A stretch of DNA of 32,232 nucleotides from positions 1-32,232 of the forward strand of contig CACXEC010000053.1 of NCBI GenBank assembly GCA_902766545.1, read 5' to 3'. The translations under genes and the position numbers were made by a program. Positions 31,526 to 32,232 of the stretch are shown one piece after another. The notes under the pieces were generated by a model that saw only the letters and a program-made list of their open reading frames with translations, ran no database searches and was not told the origin of the DNA. Source of the stretch: an uncultured Erysipelotrichaceae bacterium (GTDB lineage: Bacteria; Bacillota_I; Bacilli_A; RF39; UBA660). Positions within the stretch are counted from its first letter, which is position 1; each line of letters opens with the position of its first letter.

Positions 31526-32232
31526 TGATAGATATTAAATTGATAAGAGAAAATAAGGAATTAGTAAAAGAAAACATTAAAAAGAAATTTCAAGATGAAA
31601 AACTTCCTTTAGTAGATGAAATTTATGATTTAGATGTTGAGATAAGAGAAGCTAAAGTTAAAGGGGATAATTTAAGAGCAGAAAAGAATAAATTATCAAG
31701 TGAAATTGGCATACTTATGCGTGAGGGTAAAAAAGAAGAAGCCGAAGAAATAAAGAAAAAAATAGCTGATATGGATGCTCAAATTAAAATCCTAGAAATA
31801 TCTGAAGAAAAGAAGAATGCCATTATTAAAGAAAAAATGTTGGTTATTCCTAATATTATTGATTCATCTGTACCAATTGGTAAAGATGATTCCGAAAATG
31901 TTGAAGTAGAGCGTTTTGGAGATCCTGTTATTCCTTCTTATGAAATTCCTTATCATGCTGATATTATTTTATCTTTAAACGGTATGGATAAAGAAGCTGC
32001 TGGAAGAACTAGTGGTGAAGGATTCTATTATCTTCTAGGAGATATTGCAAGACTACATGAGGCAATGATCGCTTATGCTAGAGACTATATGATTGATAAA
32101 GGATTTACTTATGCGATACCACCATTTATGATTCATAGTAATGTTGTAACTGGTGTTATGTCTTTTCCAGAAATGGAAGCTATGATGTATAAAATTGAAG
32201 GAGAAGATTTATACTTAATTGGAACAAGTGAA
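31525..32232 (+). CDS. serS: Seryl-tRNA synthetase (3' end outside the window)
   Basis: Not in the ORF track. The ATG at 31525 overlaps the upstream TAA (TAATG). Hand translation: MIDIKLIRENKELVKENIKKKFQDEKLPLVDEIYDLDVEIREAKVKGDNLRAEKNKLSSEIG..., followed by ...YLIGTSE, the typical SerRS coiled-coil N-terminus and motif region. The frame is open to the end of the window. Confidence 0.85.
   Translation, partial: MIDIKLIRENKELVKENIKKKFQDEKLPLVDEIYDLDVEIREAKVKGDNLRAEKNKLSSEIGILMREGKKEEAEEIKKKIADMDAQIKILEISEEKKNAIIKEKMLVIPNIIDSSVPIGKDDSENVEVERFGDPVIPSYEIPYHADIILSLNGMDKEAAGRTSGEGFYYLLGDIARLHEAMIAYARDYMIDKGFTYAIPPFMIHSNVVTGVMSFPEMEAMMYKIEGEDLYLIGTSE

Noticed and set aside
1-32232. Mollicute-type genetic code (TGA = Trp), suggested by the extreme AT-richness
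   Set aside because: TGA terminates well-defined genes (pilin 3 at 7069-7071, tadB at 17096-17098), and the predicted proteins have full-length canonical ends.
1-32232. Prophage, integrative element or defence island
   Set aside because: I saw no integrase, transposase, recombinase, restriction-modification, toxin-antitoxin or CRISPR-Cas signatures. The solitary tRNA-Arg has no adjacent att-like repeat. The gene content is core housekeeping plus pilus and sporulation functions.

Overview
Very AT-rich chromosomal segment from a low-GC, probably spore-forming Bacillota. It uses the standard genetic code, with TGA as a stop (for example 7069-7071 and 17096-17098). Almost all genes are on the + strand. 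Housekeeping genes are parC, ylbD/ylbE-like, nfo, a class B PBP, rpmG (missed by the ORF track), efp, an FAD oxidoreductase, an FtsW/RodA/SpoVE-family gene, spoIIP, tRNA-Arg(UCU), and a Ser-specific T-box leader in front of an HD-hydrolase/DUF1653/serS operon. Pilus genes are interleaved with these. Four paralogous type IV pilin genes lie at 4.6-7.7 kb and are split by nfo. A compact Tad/CpaF-type operon lies at 13.3-17.8 kb and has no Flp pilin or prepilin peptidase in the window. One more pseudopilin is translationally coupled to the FtsW-family gene. The outstanding feature is a pair of translationally coupled giant genes (17870-25965; 1607 and 1090 aa) directly downstream of the Tad operon. 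The second encodes a complete SigA-like sigma-70 (regions 1.2-4.2 nearly canonical) extended by about 725 aa. The first encodes a degenerate two-domain sigma-like head. Both continue into in-frame tandem arrays (18 and 8 units of about 70 aa) that look like degenerate sigma region 4 modules, and both end in the same terminal HTH-like module. I know of no described sigma factor with this architecture. Just downstream lies a candidate ~180-nt structured RNA with its own promoter-like elements and terminator. No CRISPR array, transposase, integrase or obvious defence genes were seen.
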